A DNA stretch of 63,980 nt, filler included, from Phoronis australis (lineage: Eukaryota > Animalia > Phoronida): the NCBI GenBank assembly GCA_002633005.1. It is 5 parts of 5 records of this genome, joined end to end, with 100 filler letters (N's around TTAATTAATTAA, not from the genome) between each part and the next. Parts side by side here need not be neighbours in the genome. Positions count along the whole stretch, not along the records: positions 1 to 13,122 come from NMRA01001603.1; positions 13,223 to 27,484 come from NMRA01001054.1; 3 more parts are not named here. One strand, written 5' to 3'. Shown here one piece after another: positions 11,621 through 24,562 of the stretch. A program made the position numbers and the translations under genes. Position 1 is the first letter of the stretch. Every line of letters begins with the position of its first letter. The notes under the pieces were generated by a model. It did no database searches and was not told where the DNA came from. It saw nothing but the letters and a program-made list of their open reading frames with translations.

Positions 11621-12779
11621 ATACAATCTATCCTGTTTAACCATTGGTCTATAATGTTTGGTCTCTGATGAAGTTTCATTTCACAAACCTCAGGACAATT
11701 ACAGCTAGTACATCAAGTCAATTATGTATCAGCGATCTTGGATTACAACAAACGTTTAGCTAAGTTCAGGGAGGGCTCCTAACGCTGTCCAACTGTAAAA
11801 CTTGTGTTTTGAGCACATTTTCCATTGGGTAACACAGTACACAGAATTCTGCCTCTTTATAATGCTTCTCTACCCAACAAAACTGACACAAATGGGATCC
11901 AATTGGACTGACATCATTTATCCAAGTGCAGAAAAATTTCACCAATTTCGGACAAAAATAATTGCTAAAATTGCACTTTTTTCAATTTTCAAGGGCTTTT
12001 CACACTGCCGTGAATGCCCACAATTTCTTAAATCATTGTCAGACGCTGTAGTACAGAAACTGCACAAGGAAAGCCATTAATTTAGCGCTAAATATTTTTC
12101 ATGAAAAATGAAATAAAAATCCACTTGTCAGCCATATTGTGTACTAAATTGATGATATTTTACCATATTAGGCAAAACCCAATTTATCAGAAGGGCACAG
12201 TGCATGAACAAGAATAACCAAAAAATAAAGAAAAAATGCTACCTGGAACATCCGTGTAACAACCGACAATGGATACTTTTACAATGTAGGTAATTTATTT
12301 GTAACACCAGAACAAAAAACAGACACAAAACTTTGTGACATTCCTTATAATTATAGGACAAGAATTAAATGAAAAATAATCGATCAAAAACATCAAATAT
12401 TTAGAATTCCATTTATGTAGAAACTGGTAACTCTTTTGTTTTAGCCATCAAGTAAAATCAAATTAAATTAAATTTCATTTCTTATTTTACAAATGAATAA
12501 TATAATTGTCTTGTACAACAAAAATACAAGAAAACATAATTCAAAAATGCAGTCAACATGATTTCAAAACCTCTGGGCATTATTTTTGTGCCCATAACAT
12601 ATTTTGTGATCATCAAAGATTTAAAAACCTATACAGTTTTATGGGTTTGCTATTAATATTTAAAAAGTTATTTAAAGAAATTGCACCTTAGGTAACAACA
12701 CTATCCTATTTTTTAAATGAAGATTCAATTTATACTATTTCAACTTCACAGTTACTGATCTCTAACATTCCTTAATACA

Positions 12780-13017
12780 TCATGGAAACATCTTCTCTTC
12801 AACCGGTTTCGTGACCCACGGTCCATACCCATTAGCTTTAAAAGCATCAACCATCAGTTGTTTTGCTGTCTGGAAGTCTACTGCCTTCTTCTTTGCCTCC
12901 CTGTAGGTGGCGCACTCTAGCAGATCCTGTCTGTGTAGCTTGTGACACACCTGCTTGAACATGTCATAAAGCTTTCTCTTGGCAATCCGGGCTGTCATGT
13001 CTTGATTGGCACCAATT
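12780..13017 (-). CDS. ADAR: Terminal exon of an ADAR-family dsRNA adenosine deaminase (ADAR1-like C-terminus); upstream exons lie beyond the contig break
   Basis: IGANQDMTARIAKRKLYDMF..RQDLL..TYREAKKKAVDFQTAK..F...GYGPWVTKPVEEKMF* matches the A_deamin C-terminal pattern (Y.EAK..A.DY..AK..GYGNW.SKP.EEK.F). Pyrimidine tract and CAG acceptor at 13018-13020; AATAAA on - at 12294-12299. An ADAD-type paralogue is not excluded. Confidence 0.85.
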
Positions 13018-13122
13018 CTGAGTGAGATGGAGAGAGATTTTTTGACTTTTAATAAGTTGCTAAATGTCTAAGAGTTACTTATTTTAATAAATATATAAAG
13101 ATTGCAGAATGTTATCAATTTT

Positions 13123-13222
13123 NNNNNNNNNNNNNNNNNNNNNNNNNNNNNNNNNNNNNNNNNNNNTTAATTAATTAANNNNNNNNNNNNNNNNNNNNNN
13201 NNNNNNNNNNNNNNNNNNNNNN
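13123..13222. other. Artificial contig linker N44-TTAATTAATTAA-N44
   Basis: Six-frame stop linker at 13167-13178; the same 100-nt structure occurs four times. Confidence 0.97.
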
Positions 13223-14350
13223 ACGCTCTTGCTGTTTTATTTTTTTGCGGCAGCCAAGGGGGGGGGGGGGGCGGGCCCCCTGAGTCCCCCCCTCCTAAAT
13301 CCGCTTATGTGCATAACTTTTGTTGGAGAAGGGACTTTTTCCGGGGGGCGTGTTCCGGGAAGGATAGACTAAGGCACGTGCGACTGAACGGAGTTTTATC
13401 AAAAGAACTGGTTATTATCAATGAGAACATCCATGCAGATCGTGAAGCATACAAGTTGACTACCATAGGGTAGAAACTTTGACTGATAACTTTGAAAATT
13501 GCCTCACATGGTTCGTAAACGAAAAAGAAGGTCTAGAAAGAATTTTCGAGCTACCGGACGACAAAATTAGCGGAAAGCGTCCGAGAAAGAATCCTTATGA
13601 ACTGCAGGACGTGCATTATATACTCAGTAAATAACCCCGGTATAAATCGCGAACGTCAGGTTAAAATGATACAAGTTACTAAGTTCTGACAATGGTTATA
13701 AATATCGTTATATAGAACACGGGAGACGACCTGTGCGCGTTAAAATGTTGTCCCTCGCGATAAATGTACGCAGGATTCACAATGGATCCTAGTTAATTCT
13801 CAAACCCTAAACTATGATCATGAGTTCGTTTTCGAATTGTCATTGCGTGAAAGAACGCCTGTCGTAGTACCGCCGGTCTCTTGTTGTGGCGCAGCTTAGG
13901 AAACTGTAAAAAAATTACTCAGCTACTGAGAAAATTCAACACTTCATAAATTTTATCGTATTCTTTTATCCGGGTCAGCTCTAGGTTTCGTGTGGAGTTT
14001 GACGCTCTGACATTTTCCTCCGCTATATTTGACCTATTGCAAGCTTCGGCCCTCTGCGAAAAGTCACGTGACACCCGACAAACAAACAAGATGTCAGAGG
14101 CAAATACACTGTCGCTAAACAACGTTCCTGGTTGAATCAATGAGTGTTTTTGTACTAACCGAAAATGCCTCGACAAAGACAACAACCGATGCTTTTCAGC
14201 AGAGAATCATACGTCCATGATATGGGAATTTGTAAAGGCGACGATAAAAAACTAATTATTTCGGAGCCAGCGAAAATCCGAGGAACCCCACACGGGTCTC
14301 AGCTTCAATAACAAATGACAAGGCCACTGATGCGATATGCTCATGTAAAG

Positions 14351-15030
14351 CTGGGTATGCACCTTAAAGTCGAATTATCTGAACGATGCCATAGATGTCA
14401 GGATCTTTCAAACAAAATCAGTGAAGATTCACCCATATTTTTATTCTACTAAATTCCGCCAAATGAAAAGTACGTCATAACTGGTAGAACTCCCCCAGTA
14501 AAGTAGGTCGAGTCGATAGCACTGTTTACACTTTTCTGATTTTCGAACGAAATGTTTGATTAACAAAAACACAGTCATCTTGTGCTATGCAATCAGTTAG
14601 CTCTGGTAGGTCTAGGGCTGTATCTACATGTAAGTCAAATTAATGCCTGGAATTGGCCGTATTGCACTATTAAGACATTTACAGTGTAAGTTGGGCCTAC
14701 CTTCTAATGAAGCATTATCACTAAACTGTGATGGTTACAAAAGATGACAAGCCTGGTTTAGGGGCAAAAATGGCTGTTTACAAAAATAACTCATGACAAA
14801 TTCTGTGTTACAGCTTCAAAAATATAAATATCGAGTTTGAACAACTTCGAAATGCACTCTCTCTTTCTCTACAGGCGAAGTGTATACTGGACGTTCTCAT
14901 CAAAAAGTAATTCAACTGTTTGTTTTTTCTTGACATCAGCTTGAACAAGGCTTTGAATTCAGTAATCCAGTGCCTATCGAATCTCTCAATTTTCGCCAGG
15001 AGAGAAGTCCAGTTGAACGCCATCCTACGG
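14351..15030 (+). repeat. Dispersed DNA-transposon-like repeat; inverted copy at ~60545-61338
   Basis: ctgggtatgcaccTTAAagtcgaattatct.. and gtaaagtaggtcgagtcgatagcactgtttac are reverse complements of ~61010-61338. The TTAA flanked by RR resembles Kolobok ends. Confidence 0.75.
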
Positions 15031-15941
15031 GTATATGAATAATAAAAAATGCACCTCTGCTACTAAACAAAACGATGTAAATTAGGTCGAAATAAATGAA
15101 AAATAATAAAAATATCCTTAAAAACAACAACTTCCAGGGATTACCGCTAGGCTAGTGCTGAGCCAGCAGTGCCGAGTCAAAGGCAGCCAGAAGAGTGAAA
15201 CTGCGAAGTCAAAATCAGATAGAACTACACTATAGCCACCAAACTGAAAAGTGCGTATCTTGGAACAAATATTTATGTGTTTAACTTTCGAGTAATCAAG
15301 CAACATTGACAAGTTCAACCGCTCGGCGTGTGGCCGTTCACACAATTTGATCCCGGCATAGTTTACACCTTTCGACATCACTCTTCGGCTTTGGAGATGC
15401 CCAAAATGACGGGGTATTCTTCTCGAGCAGCGTAACGGCTGTCGGAACTTTCTTAGCCAAAAATACGACTAACGGAACCGCAACAATGGCATGCTGCTGT
15501 GGATGACATAGATGAATTTTATTTGACTCATACGTTCAGAAAATATATAAATGTACTTTGATGGGATGACAGTATAGCTAGTTTGTAATTACTGATATCT
15601 GTAGTAGTTTAGTTTGTCATAATATATATGACCTTTTATCTCAACTACACGTGTTGTTTCACTGTAAACTAGCTTCGGTATCGCTTCGCAGTTAGCGCAT
15701 ATAAAGCTAGTTAATTAGCAATTAGTGGTACACGTAACCTTATCAGAAGGGTTGTGAGGCTTAGAAATATGACAACACTGATGTTGAATTGTGAACTCAA
15801 GTCACAGATAATGCATTCATGCATCATTTTTAAATTATCATTTTTAAGATTGCCAAACACCAACAAACTCCGAAACGCATTTGAGTAGGTGATGGTTACG
15901 ATATTTAAGGATGTAACGGAAATAGAACTCTATCACTGTAA

Positions 15942-17085
15942 CACAGGCGCTTGGGTTTATCTGTTCCGCTATCGAAATTGACGTCACTAACTACTACATG
16001 TAAGAAAACATAAAGGTTGGACACTCGAAATCTGTTTGCTCAGAATTTTCTACTCAAATGTGCATGGAACTCCACGAAACTAGCATCGAACAACTCTTAG
16101 AATACTTTCTTTCATTCGATCTCTTCAAATTGCCTTCGATTGATGATTTGGCGGCAAAAATGCCAACAGAATGCCAAAATCACAAATTCAAGGAAGTGAT
16201 TCCGTGATGTCACGGCAGACGGTCTTCGCACATCCGGGTTTTTGACGGACGCTTCCGAGCTAAATCCGAAAGTCTAATTTCGCGCGGTTTTCGCCGTCAA
16301 TCCATCGACTACTTGATCCTGAGAAGCAGAGAGCACTTTATTGCCAAATAAATGTAATTACTCACATGTTTGTCAAATATAAATTATCCTGATACTGTAT
16401 TGATATGCGAAGTTTTTTGTGTACTGTGATTTCTTATGAAGGTTTTAATTTTGGCCAAAACCATTGAGTTAACTCGTCGGCCACGCGCATTGTAATACTT
16501 GCACGGACTGCTTTTCCTGGCCGAGTGCGTTGTACTTCAATCAAAAAAGTGCGTGATGTCAAGATGAGAAACAAGATACGCCAGTTTATGTAATAAAATT
16601 CTATGTTAAGGCCTAAAATGAGCCGCCAGTGGAATAAAGTTACAAATAATCCTTGAAATACTAACATTCTCAATTAGTTGAGTTTTGGATTAGAATTATT
16701 GAATTTGAAATATAGGTTGCTTGCTCAAACTCGAAGTTTCACCTACGACGGGCGTACAAGTTGGAGCACAACTGAAATCCGCCATGTTTACTATTTCAGG
16801 TCCTTGAATTCAGAGTTTTACGATTGTTTTGGAAATTCCATCGCCAATTCACCACTCACGAAGACACTTAATGGGATCTAGGAAAGATAAGGCTTCGAAG
16901 GTTTATGCAACACCAGACTGATGGAGGTGCACGCAGATTTTATTTGGATTTTAGACGGTTGAAGTTGGGAGCCTCGGCTTAGCAAAGTTTAAGTGTCCAA
17001 CCTTTATGTTTTCTTATACATGTATATATTATTGAGTGACGTCATTTGCGATATACTGAGGAACAGATAAACCCTAGCGCCTGTG
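15942..17085. mobile_element. Non-autonomous P-superfamily-like element with ~100-bp TIRs and an 8-bp TSD
   Basis: CACAGGCGCT..AGCGCCTGTG termini (CANRG). Exact TSD CACTGTAA at 15934-15941 and 17086-17093. Confidence 0.85.
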
Positions 17086-18299
17086 CACTGTAAGAAATAT
17101 CGTGACAGATTTAATAAAGTGAAAGTCCTAATTCAATTTTCTTTTAGTCAGCTAAAAAAGGACGAACTATTCAGATTTTTAATCCACGTCACATCATAAT
17201 TGACCAGACTCGAGTTTCACAGACGTAAAAAACTCGCGAAAACGCAAAACTTCGCGAGATATCACCAGGCATTCGAAGCATTGCGCGTGATCACTTTAGC
17301 TTTACTTGCGAAATTCGTGCGGAACTCGGCCCAGGACACTGACAGTTATTGTTCTCACCTTTGTCTTTGCCATCTACCGGCAGCGCCTGGAGGCAGCCCA
17401 CAGCCAGCATCAGTACAGCGAATATAGCCACGCACTTCATGACTTCTAGTTTTCTGTAATTCATTGTTAGATCAAGTTACGAAGAAACAAGAATACAGTA
17501 TGAGAGTAAAATAAAAAGTGAATAACATTTCGAAACTGTTTATTTCCTCGACAGAACGGTTACCCTTTTGTATTATCAAGTACAAATGTGGATACGAAGT
17601 TCTCTGCACACCCTGTGCCCCCAGATACCTGTACATGTACGCTGTTCAACACGAATTCTGCAGCGCAATCATTTGTAGGTACATGTACAGTTAAAGAGCC
17701 AAGTATCTGCAGGCGTCTCTCTGAGAATCGAAGAACTCCATCTTGTGAATTGTGGATTTGAAAAACATCTTGTAACTTAACAACCGACGGTTCACCTGCA
17801 AGCTAGCAAAAGAAAGTTGACTTATTCAGTACAATTTTTGACTACTTATGAGCTAGAGTAATCGTATATGAAGCTGGTAATGCACGGTACATGTACATGT
17901 ACACATAAACTTTGATGTAGGGAGAAATTCTGAAGAATCGCTAAACGGTATCAAAAATGTACAGCGTGATTTATGCTAGTCTAAGATAATCATTTAAGAA
18001 ATTGGTATATCAGTCCCTTTTGACGTACAGTAGATTGAAGAAATTTGGACAGTTTTGTATCAGTTTGCCCCGCCTGTTGTCAGCCAGTGAAACCTCGGGA
18101 TTCCCATGATTCAAAATTGGATTCCCAATAGGTGACGGTTGGCGAGGGATCGGGTTTTAGGAGCCTTTCTCAATAGGAATAGTATCGAAAAATGTCAGAA
18201 AATCTGCTGACTTTGCTCAATTGTAATCTGATGTTGTCCAGTAAGAAAAGCACTGTCAGTGACAGTGAGAACACCTGATGTAGACAATGTAGTCCTCAG

Positions 18300-18560
18300 A
18301 TGATCACTTCTGCATTGCACCAACTGAAAAACGGCAACTAAGACACTACAATGTACTAGATTTTCGTTATTAAAAAATAGCGCTAGTGTCTACTAAATAA
18401 ACGGCACGCACGTTCTTAGAGTTCAAAACGACACGACGAAGATCGTCACTCCTGCATTGCATTAACTGAATAACGGACAAGCAAGGCACTACGTTGTACT
18501 AGACTTCCGTTATTACAACCACAACTATGTAATGGGCACACACTTTCCTAGAGTTTAACA
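18300..18560. repeat. Degenerate ~140-bp tandem duplication
   Basis: tcact.ctgcattgca..aactgaa.aacgg..cactac..tgtactaga.tt.cgttatt occurs at ~18304 and ~18446. Confidence 0.6.
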
Positions 18561-20060
18561 CGATACGACGAGACACGTTCGTAACCCTCAGTGTAAGGGA
18601 TAACGGCGTTTAGACATGAGTCTCATTTAACTCGATGTATCGTCCTGACTTAGGCTTTACGATACAGCGAGATTTGTGTTTGTCACCCCTGATCGTCCTA
18701 AGGGGATGTAACGTTAAATTGTGAGTCTTTTTCTACTCGCTGTATTCATGTTGTTTGAGACTTACATTTGTCACCAAGTATCGTTCTAAGGGGTTATAAA
18801 GTTACAAACAGGCGAATTGTTACATGAACATTAAAAATAGTGTTGTTTCCATGGGGAATATTTTGGAAATTTTCTAAAAGTTTTCACGAGCGCGATAGGC
18901 CACTCTGATTCAATACAATTCGTGATTTTCCGCAGCACGTTATAAACAACGCACATGTATATAAGCTAAGCTTGAGGAACAATTTTACCTCTAAATGGGA
19001 CTATGGCTTTTCCAGTGGTGTTTTAATTATTTGGAACTATTTTCACTGGCCTAATATAACGCATCCGTATGCAGTGAACATTAAAATTCTTACCTGCACA
19101 ATCACCAATGTTGTGTAGGGCCTATGCCGTACGTATGGAACAATCCTTAGACAATGTTTCTTTTTAAAGGATTTTAAAACCCTCCCCCACTTCCTGATTG
19201 GCTGATACTTGGAACATCACTTGTGGTCTAGGAAACACGTTGTTTAACCAATCACAAATCATATCATTCTTACCTTGAACAATTCAACCTTTTATCGACA
19301 TTATGTTTTTCTTTGCTTCCTTTGCCTCTGAGTTTCAAACTTGTAACCCAAGCGAGAACGCACCTGTTTGTTAAACGCACGCGGTTAACTGCACATTTTT
19401 TGCGCAGGCTTGCAGATAAGTTGGTCGTGTTCGGAGACTGCGTTATCGAGATGGTTGTGTGCGAAACTTGGAGCACCGAAATAAATATGGAATTCCGAGC
19501 TGGTTCAAACTGTATCAAGAATAGGCAAGTTATCGCGTTTGTAAGAATTACTGATACAGAAAATGGTCATCTGTTGAAAATAAATAGATTTAATCAGAAC
19601 TTGCTCGCATTGGAAAGTGTAGAAACCTTTGTTTATTTGAAGTCAAGAAAGATTAAGCTGACGCGTACCAAATCTTGAAAAAATATTTCAGTCTTTGCAT
19701 ATTTGAGAATTTTAACCAATCAGCGAGAGGCTGAAAGAGCTATTACTTGGTTCTAATTGTGCATACTCGGTAATTTCAGACTTACCTTGAATAAAATCAA
19801 TGGGAGATGCGATGGAGACGATTGCAGTTATGCCAGTCACTATCCACACAACGTCAAAGTTTGACGCCATAGCCCATGATTTTATTATTTTTCAAAATAT
19901 GGTTAACCCGTCAAATTTGTTGCACAAGCTGATGTTAGTATATGTGCATGTAGAAATGATATATGGAAATCTTAAACTGGCGTGGAAATATAGCTCACAC
20001 ACATCTTTAAATCTGATCTGCACGCTACTTATTGGCCACATCACGGTACCTAACGAACAC

Positions 20061-20220
20061 AAGTCCGGGGAACTTGAATCCAGAGAGTTCTGCTATCCGT
20101 GCAGACGCTCCAGCCACTGAGAATTCGGTACCATCGGTCCTAGATTTCTGTGTTTGACCAGTGACTAGAGCGTCTTCACGGATAACAGAAGGTCCTGGCT
20201 TCGAGTTCCGGTCGGGGGCA
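20061..20220. repeat. Inverted (divergent) pair of tRNA-derived sequences, SINE-like
   Basis: Minus 20061-20121: ctcagtggctggagcg-tctgc-acggata-gcaga..ggattcaagttcc. Plus ~20155-20220: cagtgactagagcg..acggata..ggcttcgagttccgg. Both show A- and B-box-like motifs. Confidence 0.7.
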
Positions 20221-21605
20221 GAAATCTTTTCGGACAAATGTCCATTAGGTCATATGATATATATCCGTTAAAGATACTGTAGGATGTAATGTACATGGAC
20301 AACAATAAAAAATTTGCTGCAGCTACTTTACCACTAACTGCAATAATAACTAAGTTGATAGTATTTCGGAATTTGCTTTTGATTCAAAGCGCTTCACGTA
20401 ATCATCGGGCTGTACCCGGCCAACTTCTACCGAGTGGGGTTTGCGTAGATGGCAGGATAGGGCACACGATATAGAGGAGGCTTTATTTATGTTATTCATT
20501 GTCACTAAACGCGCGTGGTGGCTACAGCACAAGAGAGTCTAAAAGTAAATGTCTATACCTAGCTAAGCTACATAGCAGCGAAAGAATCCCAAAAAGTAGT
20601 GCAGTGTGAATGCCTTAAAATCGACCAAGAAACAAAGCAGCAGGAATATATTCCATCTGTTATTTTGGTATAAATGTTAGCATAATACAGTGAAGTGTGG
20701 GCATATTCAAATTTCGAACTGAAAGTGATCGTCAGATGTGTTGTTCATCCAGTGTCCACTTTGGTTGTGGATTGGTGGATTGGCATGCATGCATGTAAAG
20801 GTGCGCACGTTTCCAGTCTTTTAAATTCAGTAAGCCTACACGCCGACAGTTGGTTCACTTTACATTTTCGTAGTCCTCCGCCGTTGCTCAAACACCAGAC
20901 ATTTACTGTTTCCTTGCACTGAGAAAACCCCATGTTCATATTGTTTGGGAGAGTAGGTCTAGGCCTAATAAAAACCTTGATCACTGAAGAAAGTATTGTC
21001 AATCTACACAGCCTTGCAGAGTTCTTACGAGTAACAAACTTGGAGGAAAATATTTTCAAGTTTGAATATCACTGTTCCAAATGTTTGCTACTATGAAGGT
21101 CTACTATTCCAAAGGTTCACCATTTGGAATGTCCACGATTCAGAAACCAGAAACCCAACAGGTCATTACTCTGATTCATGCTAATGAGTTGGAACTTACA
21201 TGAATAAAATATTGTATTGCTTTCAGTAATTAATTATTTAAAGGGAATTCAAGAGTTGAATAGTTCTTAAAACATTGATTTCAATGCTTACAAATGATCT
21301 CATTTCCAATCGTTATTCTTCAATATTCGGATTACGAAGATGGAATTGAAGTTTTGTGTGCTAAAATCAAGAAAACAGAACTTGAAAATTCATAACGGGA
21401 GCAATTATACTGCAGTATCACGTTTAATCTTCATAAACTAATTGTGTGCATTCGACTATATAATAGTGGCAGCTTTTAGGGCAGGAATACATTGATTATT
21501 CCAACTTTCAAACTGATTGGTTTATTCTTTTGATAGCTGGAGGGTTCGCAAACCCTTAAACCGGCACTGAGTTTGAGATATTATTGAGATCCGTATCAAC
21601 ACAAA

Positions 21606-21885
21606 TGCTCATAGTAATAAAATATGAATTGTTTCCTTGCAAGTGCACGTGTACCGGTTACGTGATGATTGTCAAACAACACTGTGATCATAAATTAAAG
21701 TGGCATAAAGCGTGCATTCAAACTCTTAAAACAGGTGTCAGCCCATCTGCTCATAGTAATAAAATATGAATTGTGTCCTTGCAAGTCCACGTGTACCGTT
21801 TACGTGATGATTGTCAAACAACACTATGAACATAAATTAAAGTGGCATAAAACGTGTAATCAAACTCCTAAAACCTGTGTCAGCC
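21606..21885. repeat. 142-bp tandem duplication
   Basis: tgctcatagtaataaaatatgaattg.. at 21606 and 21748. Confidence 0.9.
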
Positions 21886-22253
21886 TAGCCAGCCAGCTAG
21901 CTGTATGAAGACTATTGTCAAAAGACTGCTAGGTACCACTAGGTGTTAATCTTCCATAGATTCCGAAATTGCACACAGCCAGGGTAGTTCTGCTCGTCAC
22001 CTCGCTGTGAAACTTGTATCAACAGGTAAAGCTAAAGGCCGGAAAGGGTGCATGCAAAATCTGAGAGTCAACCGACACTCGTCTTGCCTGTAACAGCCGT
22101 TTAAGGGAAAAACGAGGTAATAAACGTCATTTTCTTGCGTAATTCTCCGCCTTTGTAGAAAACTTATGTTTTCGTTTCGAAAACAATACGCTCGTGACAC
22201 GCGCACACGCCATTTCTTAATTTTTAGCGACATTTCTCGGGATAGGATGATAG

Positions 22254-22610
22254 CAGAGACCGTAGAGAGGGAGACGTTTCACCTAGCGAAATCCTATTGG
22301 ACGGCCACTGTCGGCCATTGTTGTTTCATGGACCGTAGAGACGTCTTGCGGGTGTGTGTGTGAAAAAAAGGAATATGGATGATACTCGTGGTCAGTGGTC
22401 ACAGAGACAAGATATTTTGTCTGATCATGTAGCTCATATAGATTTCCCATAGTTAATACTTCTGAGGGTAGTGCTGTGTCAAGTAACTTTATAACAAGGT
22501 TTGGCGGCTGCAGTTCCTAAAAAGAGGAGAGGAGCTTTTTGCGCTGCAGCAACAGACGTTGAAAAGTCGGGACTTGCACTTTTCCCAAATGATAAAGGCA
22601 GGTGAGATAT
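22254..22610 (+). mobile_element. 5' end of a P-like element with a decayed THAP exon
   Basis: CAGAGACCGTAGA terminus shared with 26697. Encodes KKRRGAFCAA...GLALFPNDKGR|GTGAG, a THAP-like remnant. Confidence 0.55.
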
Positions 22611-23461
22611 ACGAGTGATGCAAAGAATTCTTTTTGTGAAAATGCTGTTGTCAGAGGGATTTGAACTTGTCTTACCTTAAGTTCCATGGTTTTATTTGAT
22701 TATTCATAGCAAAATTGTGGTAATCAGATACATGGCCGGGATGATGGGTACTTGATTTTAGAGCCAGTTCCTCCCAATTAATTACGCCCGTTATTCAGTG
22801 GTAGTAACTGGTTCTCAAATGAATTTTGAGTGAGGGACCCACCTATTTAACTATAACCGAAGTTGTCCTGCATGTGTTTCATGACTAAGGGCCTACTGAT
22901 AACTTGTGTTTCTATTCTATGATTGGATCTAAACTGTAATTTCTTTCATTTCTTCAATTCACTTCAGTGTTTATACATTCAGATCCAAAAGGATAGGTGA
23001 TAAACAGCAAATGTGAGGAACTGCAAGGAGAAATGGTATGATGTTAACTTAGTCCAGCAGACTAGTGTGGGCTTAGGTCTTTGCTGTGATGGGCCTTCAT
23101 TGTACTTTGAAGGAGCTATAGACCTAATTCACGCCGACAGGAGTCGCGTTCCAAACCGAGGCTCACTACGATAGCTCTGTTGGCTTATCGCCATAGTTGT
23201 ATTTAGCGTTGCTTGAACGGGCTAGAAAAATACGGACATTCAACTGTCTGTTTTACAATCCCTCAGGACGTTGAGATTCGGAAGCGCCTCGACGAAGGAA
23301 AAATGTCCGTGTAAAATTTATAAATGTTTTCGAAAAGTTAGATCCTATTATGTCGCATCTCTTTTGCCGAGCATCATAGCCAACCGGAGAATCTTCGGCC
23401 AGCCAGGCTGTTTTCATGACAACGGGTTGAAACAGGATACATTTTTTCTCTCCAAAAAGGA

Positions 23462-23788
23462 CAGGGCCCTCAATCCCTCGAGTTTGGAGTCGAATATCGG
23501 CCCTATTCCCCTCTCAAAAATATTTAAAATTCACGCTAAATTCCCCCCACGAGGCCTAAAAATTCCTCTAGTGATTGAAAATTTCTCGTTGAAGTTCAAA
23601 TCACCTAACCACACAGGTGGCAATTTGAAAGAGCACAAAATGCTACTTGAGAAAGAGCCTTTGAGAAATTGCAATAGGGCGGAGGGCTATTGATGATGAT
23701 CGGAAGGTAGATTTTTACCCTCACTCGGCGAAAAATTCCCCTCTCAGAAGGCACATGCACCTTTCCCCTCGGATGAACGAGGACCCTG
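23462..23788. mobile_element. hAT-like MITE inside the outer ISL2EU element
   Basis: CAGGGCCCTC..GAGGACCCTG termini; TSD not clearly preserved. Confidence 0.5.
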
Positions 23789-24562
23789 AAGAAACATGAT
23801 AACTGTACATAGTCTCTCCAGTTAACTGAAATTGAGCTCTAAACCTAGGTTATGCTTTCGACAAACAAATTATGTGTTTTAATTTTAAAATTCAACTTGG
23901 TCTAGATTGATATTTCAGTGAAACCTAACACATGAAATAGACGTAAGAATTTTTAAAACCAAGAAAGCAGAATTGATGGTCAAATAATTTTTGTTTTCAA
24001 TTACGGGCCTGGTTATTTATTTTAATAAAAATATATTTAATAACATAAATTATTTTTCAGATCAATGACAAATCAACTTTCAGTCCCGGGAGTCCCTACC
24101 TCAGCAGGACCTAGGCTATGCTTGATCAACAAATTAAACCAGATGTGGCTATTTGCACATCCCACCAAAATGTGATGAGCCACCACTGTCGATATACACT
24201 GTATATCTTCATCTGGTCAACAATACGAGCAGTTGACCTGATTCGTGTAAAAAATGTTATGAACAATGTACAAGAAGAAACGTAACCCTGCATTCACCAT
24301 AATACCTAATCCGTAACACTAAGATCGCCGCTGTTTGGTCATATTTACTTTTTATGTTTCGAACCTAATTTCCGAAAAAACTTATACGCTTTCGTCAGAC
24401 AACTCTTTGGTGCATTGACTTGTGGTTAATTATCGACACATTTTCAAGATTTGATATCCACGTTGGACGCGAAAGACCGGCCATTTAACTCACGCAATGT
24501 CAACTTCCGCTTTGTTTATCGCATTGAGCCTCGCTTTGGATTTTAATATCCGCCGCGTGAAT

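Noticed and set aside
20155-20220. Functional tRNA gene
   Set aside because: Broken stems, no U33 in the loop and no clear acceptor stem; it is a tRNA-derived repeat.
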